The position numbers and the translations under genes were made by a program. The notes below the pieces were generated by a model that did not search any database, was not told the origin of the DNA, and saw only the letters and a list, made by a program, of their open reading frames with translations. A stretch of DNA of 49,599 nt, taken from assembly GCA_038238995.1 (NCBI GenBank), contig JBBSFF010000001.1, positions 1 to 49,599 of the forward strand, read 5' to 3'. Source of the stretch: Sphingomonadales bacterium (lineage in GTDB: Bacteria > Pseudomonadota > Alphaproteobacteria > Sphingomonadales > Sphingomonadaceae). Below, in pieces: positions 10,020-18,543 of the stretch; positions within the stretch are counted from its first letter, which is position 1, and each line of letters starts with the position of its first letter.

Positions 10020-10370
10020 TCAGGGCGTTACGAAACTGGGGTCGGCGCGACTCGGCCACGCGTCCTTGTCGAAGCCGGGCCGCCCGTCGAGCGATGTCGC
10101 ATCGAAGCCGAGCGACAGCGCGCCGCCGACCGGGTCGACGACGAACGCTCCCCAAGGGACCGCGAACAGCCGCTCGCCGATGCCGACGATACCGCCGACG
10201 CTGAGCGCGACGTAAACGATCTTGCCCTCGGCGGCGGCCATCATGACGTCGGCGACCGTGCCGACTGGTTTGCTGTCGGGTCCGGACACCGTCGCGCCGA
10301 CGAGCATGCTGAACGGTGTCAGCGCGGCGTCGCGGGCGCCAGGAACCCTGGCTTCGTCGGGCGCGCTCAT
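10020..10370 (-). CDS. PRC-barrel domain protein
   Basis: VG.VADVM....GKIVYVALSVGGIVGIGERLFAVPW pattern; ATG overlaps the upstream stop (ATGA). Confidence 0.85.
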   Translation of the reverse strand: MSAPDEARVPGARDAALTPFSMLVGATVSGPDSKPVGTVADVMMAAAEGKIVYVALSVGGIVGIGERLFAVPWGAFVVDPVGGALSLGFDATSLDGRPGFDKDAWPSRADPSFVTP

Positions 10371-10645
10371 GCCGTCTTCCGCGTCGCGGCCGCCGCGCCC
10401 TTGTCGTAGCGCGCCCGCAGGCCGAGCCAGCGCCAGACGCCGAGCAGGTTGACGAGCAGGAGGACGGCGTTCTGCCAGATCAAATTCGCCTGCCCCGTCG
10501 CCGCACCGATCACCATCCAGCCGACCGATCCGACCGCGAACGCGATAAAGCCGATCCCGGTGACCCGCGCGCCAAGGTTCGCCGCGACCATCAGCGCGGC
10601 CATCGTCGTCGCGATCGGCGCGACCCAGTTGGCGATTTGCTCCAT
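10367..10645 (-). CDS. Small 3-TM membrane protein
   Basis: MEQIANWVAPIATTMAALMVAANLGARVTGIGF...GVWRWL; GGAG upstream. Confidence 0.75.
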   Translation of the reverse strand: MEQIANWVAPIATTMAALMVAANLGARVTGIGFIAFAVGSVGWMVIGAATGQANLIWQNAVLLLVNLLGVWRWLGLRARYDKGAAAATRKTA

Positions 10646-10727
10646 TACATTGCTCCCGCGGCGCCGAAGGCCGGCGACCCCGTGCCAATCCGCTGCGGAC
10701 GGGTCGGTTCCCTGCGGCGTTTCGCCG

Positions 10728-10748
10728 AGTGTAAAGCCCACCGACACT
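10728..10748. promoter_or_regulatory. Putative sigma54-activator enhancer (PEP-CTERM box, PrsR-type)
   Basis: AGTGTAAAGCCCACCGACACT: TGT-N11-ACA palindrome about 120 bp upstream of a sigma54 site. Confidence 0.65.
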
Positions 10749-10864
10749 TTCCGGCTTCAATACTTAGTTAATAACCCTCGTCGTCGCGCGGGTCGAATTG
10801 ATTAACGAAGCGTAAAGCATTCCGAACCATGGAGAAAAAATATTGTCGTCGATCGAAGGTGTGT

Positions 10865-10879
10865 TGGCATGGATTTTGC
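10865..10879 (+). promoter_or_regulatory. Sigma54 (-24/-12) promoter of the PEP-CTERM gene
   Basis: TGGCATGGATTTTGC = GG-N10-GC with TGGCA and TTGC, about 55 bp before the ATG. Confidence 0.85.
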
Positions 10880-10935
10880 GGGGGCAAAGTCGACCATCAG
10901 CGTCACAACATCGAGCAAGTAGGGGAATTCACAGC

Positions 10936-11661
10936 ATGCGTAAGACCGCTTTTCTCGCCGGGGCGCTTGCGCTCGGCGTCGTCACGGCCCCGGTTCAGGC
11001 GAAGCAATTCGTCGTCAACGGCGGCTTCGAAACAACCACCAACGGTGCCAAGCAGTTCGATTCCCAGACGGTCGCGACCGGCTGGTCCTCGGCGGGCTAC
11101 AACTTCATCTTCGCCCCAGGCACCGGTGACACCACTGGCTCGACCGGCATTTATGGTACCCTGTCGCTCTGGGGCACGAACAACGGCGGCGTCAATGTCT
11201 TCACCGACAGCCCGACCGGCGGCAATTTCGTCGCCGCCGATGGCGCGTTCCAGGTCGCGCCGGTCGAGCAGACGTTGACGGGCCTGCGCATCGGCAACAC
11301 CTATACGGTCGCCTTCGACTGGGCGGCTGCTCAGCAATATACGTTCACCGGGCCGACGACCGAGCAATGGCGCGTCAGCCTCGGCAGCCAGACGATCTCG
11401 ACCGCCGTGTTCAGCAACCCGAACCACGGTTTCAGCGGGTGGATCCACGAGAGCTTCGCGTTCACCGCAACGAGCGGCACGGAGGTGCTGTCGTTCCTTG
11501 CGATCGGCACGCCCGACGGGCTTCCGCCGTTCTCGCTGCTGGACGGGGTGTCGGTGACCGGGTCGGTTCCCGAGCCGGCGACGTGGGCGATGCTGATCGC
11601 GGGCTTCGGTTCCGTCGGCGTGTCGCTGCGTTCGCGCCGCCGCAACGTCGTCGCCGCCTGA
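10936..11661 (+). CDS. PEP-CTERM (PEPxxWA-CTERM) sorted surface protein with a jelly-roll-like domain
   Basis: Signal peptide MRKTAFLAG...VQA, VVNGGFE, C-terminal VPEPATWAMLIAGFG..G..LRSRRR. Confidence 0.93.
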   Translation: MRKTAFLAGALALGVVTAPVQAKQFVVNGGFETTTNGAKQFDSQTVATGWSSAGYNFIFAPGTGDTTGSTGIYGTLSLWGTNNGGVNVFTDSPTGGNFVAADGAFQVAPVEQTLTGLRIGNTYTVAFDWAAAQQYTFTGPTTEQWRVSLGSQTISTAVFSNPNHGFSGWIHESFAFTATSGTEVLSFLAIGTPDGLPPFSLLDGVSVTGSVPEPATWAMLIAGFGSVGVSLRSRRRNVVAA

Positions 11662-11677
11662 CTGCGACACTGATGAC

Positions 11678-11740
11678 CGCCGGGCGGAGTGATTTACGCC
11701 GCCCGGCGACCGTCCCGACCGTCGACGGCGGCGGCTTTTT
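11678..11740 (+). terminator. GC-rich hairpin(s) with a T tract between the PEP-CTERM gene and the desaturase
   Basis: CGCCGGGCGG (11678-87)/CCGCCCGGCG (11699-708) stem; alternative pairing with GGCGGCGG followed by CTTTTT. Confidence 0.45.
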
Positions 11741-11756
11741 CGCTTAAGCGTCGATT

Positions 11757-12587
11757 ATGCCGCACCAGCTTCAGACCTTCGCCATCGACATCTTCCGGCT
11801 CTGCGTCTGGCTGGTTCTGCTCGCTATCGTCTTCGTGCCGCTCGAACGCCTGTTCGCGCTGCGGGCCGCACGCGTCCGCCGCGCCGGCATCGGCACCGAC
11901 CTCGTCTGGTATTTCGTCTCGAGCCTGATCCCCGGATTGATCCTCGGGCTGCCGATGGCATTGGTCGCGTGGGGTGTCCATCACGTCGTCCCCGGGCAGG
12001 TTCAGGCGTTCAGCGCGAGCCTTCCGCTCGGCGCGCGCATCGCGGCGTCGCTCGTCGTCGGCGAGATCGGCTTCTACTGGGGCCATCGCTGGAGCCACGA
12101 AGTTCCGTTCCTGTGGAAGTTTCACGCGATCCACCACAGCGCCGAACACCTCGACTGGCTCGTCAACACGCGGGCGCACCCGGTCGACATGGTCTTCGGC
12201 AAATTCGTCGGGCTGGTGCCGCTCTATGTCCTCGGCCTTGCCAGCCCGTTGTCGGGCAAGCTTGACATCGTGCCGCTGATCGTCGTGCTCGTCGGGACGA
12301 TCTGGGGGTTCTTCATCCACGCCAACGTGCGGTGGCGCTTCGGCTGGCTCGAGCACCTCGTCGCGACCCCGGCATTCCACCATTGGCACCATACGCGGCG
12401 CGATCACGTCGATCGCAACTATGCGTCGATGCTGCCGTTCGTCGACCGGCTGTTCGGCAGTTATTACGTGCCGCGCGAATGGCCGACCGACTACGGGACC
12501 GACCACCCGGTACCCGCGCGTTTCCACGAGCAAGTGCTTGCGCCGCTCACCGGTCGCAGCGATCGAGTGGAGCCGATGCGATCGTGA
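11757..12587 (+). CDS. Sterol desaturase/fatty acid hydroxylase family protein
   Basis: His boxes HRWSH, HAIHH, HAN, HHWHH; TM segments. Confidence 0.92.
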   Translation: MPHQLQTFAIDIFRLCVWLVLLAIVFVPLERLFALRAARVRRAGIGTDLVWYFVSSLIPGLILGLPMALVAWGVHHVVPGQVQAFSASLPLGARIAASLVVGEIGFYWGHRWSHEVPFLWKFHAIHHSAEHLDWLVNTRAHPVDMVFGKFVGLVPLYVLGLASPLSGKLDIVPLIVVLVGTIWGFFIHANVRWRFGWLEHLVATPAFHHWHHTRRDHVDRNYASMLPFVDRLFGSYYVPREWPTDYGTDHPVPARFHEQVLAPLTGRSDRVEPMRS

Positions 12588-12600
12588 CGGGTCGGACGGC

Positions 12601-12678
12601 TGGGGCGACCAACGGGGATCGAACCCGCAACCTCCGGCACCACAAGCCGGCGCTCTAACCAATTGAGCTATGGTCGCC
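12601..12678 (-). tRNA. tRNA-His (GTG)
   Basis: Cloverleaf GGCGACCATAGCTCAATTGG...CCGGC-TTGTGGT-GCCGG...GGTTCGATCCC...TGGTCGCCCCA; encoded CCA, G-1 and C73. Confidence 0.97.
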
Positions 12679-12698
12679 ATGCGCGCGCGGCGAGCTTT

Positions 12699-12728
12699 GC
12701 CTTACGGGCGCGCGCGGCGATTCGTCAA
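12699..12728 (-). promoter_or_regulatory. Probable sigma70 promoter of tRNA-His
   Basis: TTGACG-N18-TAAGGC about 20 bp upstream of the tRNA. Confidence 0.45.
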
Positions 12729-12733
12729 GGAAA

Positions 12734-13279
12734 CTACCGCGCGGGCAGAACCCCGCACGCGATGCGGTCACCGCTCGCGCCGCTTGGATCGGTCTTATAA
12801 TCGTCGGGCCCGGCGTGGAGGACGACCGCCGCGCCGTCGGCGTCGAGCAGCGGGCCGGGGCCGCCGACGAGCATCAGCATCGGCACGGTGAAGTCGACCG
12901 TTCCCGTTCCACCGGGGCCGACGACGACGTTCGGCAGATCGCCGAGGTGCGGCCCCATCGGATTGTCACGCCCGTGCATTTTCATCGTCGGGTTGAAGTG
13001 TCCGCCCGCCGTGGTGAACTTCGGCCCTTCGCACTTGCCGACGGCGTGGAGGTGGATCGCGTAAGTTCCGGGCGGCATGCCCTCGATCCGCGCGCGGACG
13101 ACGGTGCCGTCGGGCCGCTGGCTCAGCGTCGCTTGTCCGCGCAACTCGCCGTTGGGGCCGAGCAATTGCGTCGTCGCCTCGATCGGCGGCGGGCCCGCGC
13201 GGGTCTTGCCGAGCGACGTGCCGGGATGGCTGCACCCGGCGAGCAGTGCGAACGCGGCGACGACAGGAGCGATACGCAT
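12734..13279 (-). CDS. sodC: Cu/Zn superoxide dismutase family lipoprotein
   Basis: Lipobox LLAGC; HLH, GGHFNP, MHG, HLGDL, VLHA, GDRIACG. Confidence 0.93.
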   Translation of the reverse strand: MRIAPVVAAFALLAGCSHPGTSLGKTRAGPPPIEATTQLLGPNGELRGQATLSQRPDGTVVRARIEGMPPGTYAIHLHAVGKCEGPKFTTAGGHFNPTMKMHGRDNPMGPHLGDLPNVVVGPGGTGTVDFTVPMLMLVGGPGPLLDADGAAVVLHAGPDDYKTDPSGASGDRIACGVLPAR

Positions 13280-14703
13280 CAGCCGAGGTCCTTGTTGATC
13301 GCCTCGACCATCTTCTTGGCATCGGCGAGGAGCATCATCGTATTGTCCATGTAGAATACGCTGTTGTCGACCCCGGCATAGCCCGCGCCGCCCATGCTGC
13401 GTTTGACGAACAACACGGTCTTGGCACGTTCGACATCGAGGATCGGCATGCCGTAGATCGGTGAGGTCTTGTCGGTTTTCGCCGCCGGGTTGGTGACGTC
13501 GTTCGCGCCGATGACGAAGGCGACGTCGGCCTGGGCGAATTCGCCGTTGATGTCCTCAAGCTCGAAGACCTCGTCGTACGGCACGTTCGCCTCGGCGAGC
13601 AGGACGTTCATGTGTCCCGGCATCCGCCCCGCGACGGGGTGGATCGCGTATTTGACGCTGACGCCCTCCTTCTTGAGCAGGTCGCCCATCTCGCGCAGCG
13701 CGTGCTGCGCCTGGCTGACTGCCATGCCGTAGCCTGGCACGATGATGACGCTCTCGGCGTTTTTCATCACGAAGGCCGCATCCTCGGCCGACCCGCGCTT
13801 GTACGGCCGAGCCTCGGTCGCGCCGCCGCCCGCGACCGCCGCATCGCCGCCGAAGCCGCCAGCGATCACGCTGATGAAGCTGCGGTTCATCGCCTTGCAC
13901 ATGATGTACGACAGGATCGCGCCCGACGAGCCGACGAGCGCGCCGGTGACGATCATCGCGGTGTTCTGAAGCGTGAACCCCATCGCCGCCGCCGCCCAGC
14001 CCGAATAGCTGTTGAGCATCGACACGACGACCGGCATGTCGGCGCCGCCGATCGGGATGATCAGCAGGAAGCCGATCGCGAGGCTCATCACCACGATCGC
14101 CGCGAACATCGCGGGATTGTGCAGGCTGAACACCCCGACCAAGATCAGGATCGCCGCGAGCAGGGCGATGTTGATGACATGGCGCGCGGGCAGCAGGATC
14201 GGCGCGCCGCCCATGTTGCCGTTAAGTTTCAAGAAGGCGATGATCGAGCCGGAGAAGGTGATCGCGCCAATCGCGACACCAAGGCCCATCTCGATCTTGC
14301 TCGACATCGCGATGTCGCTGGCGTCGGCGTTGAGGATGCCGAAAGCGCCTGGATTCAGATAGGCCGCGATCGCCACGAGCACAGCCGCCAGCCCGACGAG
14401 GCTGTGGAAGCCAGCGACGAGCTGCGGCATCGCGGTCATCTGGATGCGGCGCGCGATGACGAAGCCGACCCCGCCGCCGACCGCGACCGCAGCGACGATC
14501 AGCGGCAAGCCGACCCCATGAACGATCAACGTCGTTACGACCGCGATCAGCATGCCGATCATGCCGTAGCGGTTGCCCTGCTGCGACGTTTCGGGCGACG
14601 ACAGGCCGCGCAGCGCGAGGATGAACAGCACGCCCGCGACGAGGTAGGCGAGCGCGACCCACGCGGGGGTGGTAGCCCCAAGAGCGATTGCGGTTTCGGT
14701 CAT
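13279..14703 (-). CDS. pntB: NAD(P) transhydrogenase subunit beta
   Basis: MPQLVAGFHSLVG, GGADMPVVVSMLNSYSG, PGYGMAV, HPVAGRMPGHMNV. Confidence 0.98.
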   Translation of the reverse strand: MTETAIALGATTPAWVALAYLVAGVLFILALRGLSSPETSQQGNRYGMIGMLIAVVTTLIVHGVGLPLIVAAVAVGGGVGFVIARRIQMTAMPQLVAGFHSLVGLAAVLVAIAAYLNPGAFGILNADASDIAMSSKIEMGLGVAIGAITFSGSIIAFLKLNGNMGGAPILLPARHVINIALLAAILILVGVFSLHNPAMFAAIVVMSLAIGFLLIIPIGGADMPVVVSMLNSYSGWAAAAMGFTLQNTAMIVTGALVGSSGAILSYIMCKAMNRSFISVIAGGFGGDAAVAGGGATEARPYKRGSAEDAAFVMKNAESVIIVPGYGMAVSQAQHALREMGDLLKKEGVSVKYAIHPVAGRMPGHMNVLLAEANVPYDEVFELEDINGEFAQADVAFVIGANDVTNPAAKTDKTSPIYGMPILDVERAKTVLFVKRSMGGAGYAGVDNSVFYMDNTMMLLADAKKMVEAINKDLG

Positions 14704-14725
14704 TATGCGTGCCCCCTGAGCGCGA

Positions 14726-15031
14726 TCACTTGCTTTCGACCTTGCGCTCTTTCTTCTTGTACATGCCGAGCATCCGCTGCGTCACCGCGAAGCCGCCGAA
14801 GATGTTGACGCTCGCGAGCACCACCGCGCCGAGGCCGAGCCACTTCGAAATCTCCGACCCGCCCGACGCCGCGCTCGCCGCGACGAGCGCGCCGACGATG
14901 ATGACGCTCGAGATCGCATTGGTCACCGCCATCAGCGGCGTGTGCAGCGCGGGCGTCACCGACCAGACGACGTAATAGCCGACGAAGCAGGCGAGAACGA
15001 AGATCGACAGTTGCGGGATCAGGTGTTCCAT
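14726..15031 (-). CDS. pntA: NAD(P) transhydrogenase alpha subunit, membrane part (PntAb)
   Basis: [22 protein letters not shown]...[13 protein letters not shown]. Confidence 0.97.
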   Translation of the reverse strand: MEHLIPQLSIFVLACFVGYYVVWSVTPALHTPLMAVTNAISSVIIVGALVAASAASGGSEISKWLGLGAVVLASVNIFGGFAVTQRMLGMYKKKERKVESK

Positions 15032-15043
15032 CGGGTCAGTCCT

Positions 15044-15268
15044 TCACGCGGCGACGCGGCGGGGGAGAGGAGCGGCACGACCCATTTCGGCGGCGGCCTC
15101 GAGCCAGCACGCGATCGCATCATAGGTATTCGCCAGCGCCTCGGCGGGCGTCGCGCCGTCGGAGCGGCAACCGGGAAGCTCGGGCGCAACCCCGGTAAAG
15201 CCGCCGCCGTCGGCTTTGGCAAGCCGGATGATGTCGACCTCGTACGCCTTAAGCTGAGACATCATCAC
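15044..15268 (-). CDS. hicB: HicB family antitoxin-like protein (N-terminal domain only)
   Basis: DGGGF...PELPGC.SDGATPAEALAN..DAI..WLE.....GR..P.P; start may be 15262. Confidence 0.85.
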   Translation of the reverse strand: MMMSQLKAYEVDIIRLAKADGGGFTGVAPELPGCRSDGATPAEALANTYDAIACWLEAAAEMGRAAPLPRRVAA

Positions 15269-15618
15269 TTAAATACCGCTGCTTGGAGCACGCCAAACGT
15301 CTTGCTGTCTGTTGTTGCAAGTAGTTTCCTACCGTCCTTCAAAACACCGACGAAAGTAACTTCCTTCGATTTGCCTCCCAGGAGTAACCCCGCGAGCATT
15401 CCGACCGGGCCGAGCAACACGCTTCCGACCGCCCCCCAGCCGATGGTTCCAGATAGCTTTTTAACGGATTCCTCGTTGGCGATCTCAATCTCGGTAAATT
15501 GCTTCGGCTTTATCAGTTCCGGTTTCCATGCATCTTTAGTCGGGAACTGGTAGGAGCCGAACACCATTGGAACGGTGCATTTTCCCCAGTCTCCGGCATG
15601 AATACGCAGCTTACTCAC
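15265..15618 (-). CDS. Hypothetical protein with glycine-zipper-like TM hairpin, AT-rich codon usage
   Basis: 117-aa ORF, GTIGWGAVGSVLLGPVGMLAGLLLGG; GTG start overlaps the pntAa stop. Confidence 0.8.
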   Translation of the reverse strand: MSKLRIHAGDWGKCTVPMVFGSYQFPTKDAWKPELIKPKQFTEIEIANEESVKKLSGTIGWGAVGSVLLGPVGMLAGLLLGGKSKEVTFVGVLKDGRKLLATTDSKTFGVLQAAVFK

Positions 15619-16742
15619 GCCGCGACCAGGCGCTCGTGCACCACCGCCCCGCCGCGCGTCAGCGTCACGCCCTTGACGATCTCGTCGTCGGCCGGGAAGG
15701 CGACCGTGTCCGCGTCCTTGTCCCAGAACGCCGCAATGAAATTGTACAGGTTGCGCGAATACAGCGCGCTCGCGTCGGCGGCGAGGCGACTCGGCATGTT
15801 GCGGTGGCCGATGATCGTCACGCCGTGGACGATGGGCGCCTCGCCGACGACCGACCCTTCGACGTTGCCGCCGCTTTCGACGGCAAGGTCGATGATCACG
15901 CTGCCAGGGCGCATCGTCGCGATCTGCGCGTCGCTGACCAGCCGCGGCGCAGGACGCCCGGGGATCAGCGCGGTGGTGATGACGATGTCCTGCTTGGCGA
16001 TGTGGCTCGACACCAGCGCCGCTTGTGCCGCCTTATATTCGTCCGACACTTCGGTCGCATAGCCACCCGCGCCTTCACCCTGACCGGCGATGTTCTCGAC
16101 GAAGATCGCCTTCGCCCCGAGCGATTCGATTTGTTCGCGGGTTGCGGCGCGGACGTCGGTGGCGCTGACCAGCGCACCCAGCCGCCGCGCGGTGGCGATC
16201 GCCTGCAGCCCGGCGACGCCGACCCCCATCACGAAAACCCGCGCGGCGCTGATCGTGCCGGCTGCGGTCATCATCATCGGAAAGGCGCGACCGTACGCTT
16301 CCGCCGCGTCGATCACCGCCTTATAGCCCGCCAGGTTCGATTGCGACGACAGCACGTCCATCGACTGCGCCCGCGTGATCCGTGGCATTAATTCCATCGC
16401 CATCGTCGTCAGGCCGTCGGCGGCATAGGTGTTGACCGCCTCGCGCCGGGTGAACGGCGACAGGATCGCGACGAGCATGGCGCCCGACTTGACCCCCGGC
16501 AGCGCGCTCGTGTCGGGGCCTTGGACCGCAAGGATCAGGTCGCTGGCGGCGATCGTCGCGTCGCGCCCGCCGACGGTCGCTCCGGCCTCGGCATAGGCAC
16601 CGTCAGCGATGTTCGCGCCGTCGCCCGCGCCGTTCTCGACCGCGACGGACGCGCCAAGCGCGATTAGCTTCTTGACCGTCTCCGGGGTCGCGGCGACGCG
16701 ACGCTCCCCCTCCGCCGTCTCGCGCAGAACCGCGATCCGCAT
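15615..16742 (-). CDS. pntA: NAD(P) transhydrogenase alpha subunit, NAD-binding part (PntAa)
   Basis: ERRVAATPETV, PRITRAQSMDVLSSQ, GVGVAG, GGYA, TTALIPGRPAP; start reassigned to MRIAV. Confidence 0.97.
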   Translation of the reverse strand: MRIAVLRETAEGERRVAATPETVKKLIALGASVAVENGAGDGANIADGAYAEAGATVGGRDATIAASDLILAVQGPDTSALPGVKSGAMLVAILSPFTRREAVNTYAADGLTTMAMELMPRITRAQSMDVLSSQSNLAGYKAVIDAAEAYGRAFPMMMTAAGTISAARVFVMGVGVAGLQAIATARRLGALVSATDVRAATREQIESLGAKAIFVENIAGQGEGAGGYATEVSDEYKAAQAALVSSHIAKQDIVITTALIPGRPAPRLVSDAQIATMRPGSVIIDLAVESGGNVEGSVVGEAPIVHGVTIIGHRNMPSRLAADASALYSRNLYNFIAAFWDKDADTVAFPADDEIVKGVTLTRGGAVVHERLVAA

Positions 16743-16768
16743 CAAATCTTCCCCCAAAAAAACCGTCG

Positions 16769-16912
16769 CTAGTGGACGAGGAACAGTGCCATCGCGATCA
16801 ACAGGAAGGCAAGCGCCACTACCGCCCATTTGAGGACGTCGACGAAGCTGCCGTAGAACCTCGTGTTCGGCACGTGCGCCTGCGGGGCGGCGGCATTCTG
16901 ATCGTCGGCCAT
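16769..16912 (-). CDS. 47-aa single-TM protein, aa3-type cytochrome c oxidase subunit IV-like (not in the ORF track)
   Basis: Hand translation MADDQNAAAPQAHVPNTRFYGSFVDVLKWAVVALAFLLIAMALFLVH; AGGAG RBS; position upstream of pntA. Confidence 0.7.
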   Translation of the reverse strand: MADDQNAAAPQAHVPNTRFYGSFVDVLKWAVVALAFLLIAMALFLVH

Positions 16913-16979
16913 CGTGTCACTCCTCGCGCGGGGCATCCCCATAGCGCACGGTCGACGCGCGCGACAAGCCGACCGGCGT

Positions 16980-18350
16980 TCAGGCGATAAGCGTCGCCGT
17001 CGCAGGCGGTTCCAGCCCGGCCCGCGCCAGCGCTTCGGCCTGCCGCGCGGCGAGCCCGTCCTCGGTGAAGCCCGCGATCATCTCGCCGAACAGCCGTCGC
17101 CAGTTGAGCTCGGCCCCCAGATGCATGAAGACCCCGCCAAGCCCGATCGCGGCCCGGTCCATGAAGACGAATTCAGACGGGACGGTGACCGTGCCAAGTT
17201 CCTTCAACCGCCTGTGGACCTTCTGCGCGGTCTCGCGGCCGTAATCGACCGGACTGCCGAGGTCGTCGATTCGTCGGACCCGGTCGTCGAGCAGCGGCCC
17301 ATACAGAAACGTCGCCCAGATCAGCAGCGTCTCGATGATCTCGCTCGACAGGCCGATGAAGCCCCAGCGTTCGAACGCATCGACCGCGAGCGCCTTGTCG
17401 TTCGATTCGATCGCGTGGAACAGGTCCACGACACCCTTGATGAAGCGCGGCGGGAATATACGGACGCAGCCGAAATCGAGCAGATTGATGCCGTACCCGC
17501 CGTCGGCATCCTCGCGCACCGCGTAATTGCCAAGGTGCGGGTCGCCGTGGATCACGCCGTATCGATGGAGCGGCCAATACCACGCGCGGAACAGCGTCTC
17601 GGCGATCCGGTTGCGGACCTCGAGCGGCTCGCCGGTGAAGCCCAGCAACGGCTTGCCGTCGAGCCACGTCATCGTCAGCAGCCGTTTGGTCGACAGGTCG
17701 GGCAGCACCTCGGGCAAATGCACTGCCGCCTGGCCCGCGAGCATGTCGCGGTACAGCGCGAGGTGCTTCGCCTCGCGCGAATAATCGAGTTCCTCGCGCA
17801 GCCGGTCGGCAAGTTCGTTGCGAATCTGGCCGGTATCGATCGATTTGTCGAACTGGCGGTAGATGCCGAACAGCACGTCCAATTGGCCAAGGTCGGCTTC
17901 GACCGCGCTCGCCATGTCGGGATATTGCAGCTTGGCGGCGAGCGCGCGCCCGTCGTGGCCGACCGCTCGGTGAACCTGGCCGAGCGAGGCCGCGGCGGCG
18001 GCGGTGTGTTCGAACGAGGCGTAGCGCGCTTCCCACTCGGGGCCGAGTTCGGCCTTCATCCGCCGCCGGACGAACGGCCACCCCATCGCTGGGGCATCGG
18101 CCTGCAACTGGCCGAGCTCGGCGGCGAACTCCTTGGGCACCGCGTCGGGGATCGTCGACAGGATCTGCGCGATCTTCATCACCGGACCCTTCAACCCGCC
18201 GAGCGCAACGCGGAGCTGCGCCGCCGCCGTCGCCGCGTCGGCCCCGCCCGTCAGCCGCGCGCCCGCAAAGCGTGCTGCCAGCCCGATGCCGGTCCCGCCG
18301 ACGCGGGCGTAACGGGCGAGCCGCCCAACCAGGGTATTCGCTTCGTCCAT
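16980..18350 (-). CDS. ABC1/AarF/UbiB family atypical kinase
   Basis: LKGPVMKIAQ, AAASLGQVH, KLQYP, EELDY, HGDPHLGN, LDFGC. Confidence 0.93.
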   Translation of the reverse strand: MDEANTLVGRLARYARVGGTGIGLAARFAGARLTGGADAATAAAQLRVALGGLKGPVMKIAQILSTIPDAVPKEFAAELGQLQADAPAMGWPFVRRRMKAELGPEWEARYASFEHTAAAAASLGQVHRAVGHDGRALAAKLQYPDMASAVEADLGQLDVLFGIYRQFDKSIDTGQIRNELADRLREELDYSREAKHLALYRDMLAGQAAVHLPEVLPDLSTKRLLTMTWLDGKPLLGFTGEPLEVRNRIAETLFRAWYWPLHRYGVIHGDPHLGNYAVREDADGGYGINLLDFGCVRIFPPRFIKGVVDLFHAIESNDKALAVDAFERWGFIGLSSEIIETLLIWATFLYGPLLDDRVRRIDDLGSPVDYGRETAQKVHRRLKELGTVTVPSEFVFMDRAAIGLGGVFMHLGAELNWRRLFGEMIAGFTEDGLAARQAEALARAGLEPPATATLIA

Positions 18351-18543
18351 GCGGTGCGAGATAAACTCGGGGTGGGACAAGCGCGAGGGGCTTTGATGTC
18401 GCTGTAACGCTGTCGGGCGGATCGCTGGATAGCGAAAGACCGATCGACATCGAATTGGTCAGCCAGGCGTCGCTGCCGCCATCCCAAAGGTCGCCAAGTC
18501 GACCGGAAACGCGGGGTTGAACGACCGCAGTGTCCCAGTCGTC

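Noticed and set aside
10760-12600. Island integrated at the tRNA-His 3' end
   Set aside because: No integrase and no duplicated tRNA 3' fragment found by eye
15044-15618. Canonical hicAB toxin-antitoxin pair
   Set aside because: Upstream gene is a 117-aa TM-bearing protein without the HicA GSH motif or size
18351-18543. ncRNA or RpoH promoter between folP and the ABC1 kinase
   Set aside because: No recognisable RNA family; CTTG...TATCT spacing too short
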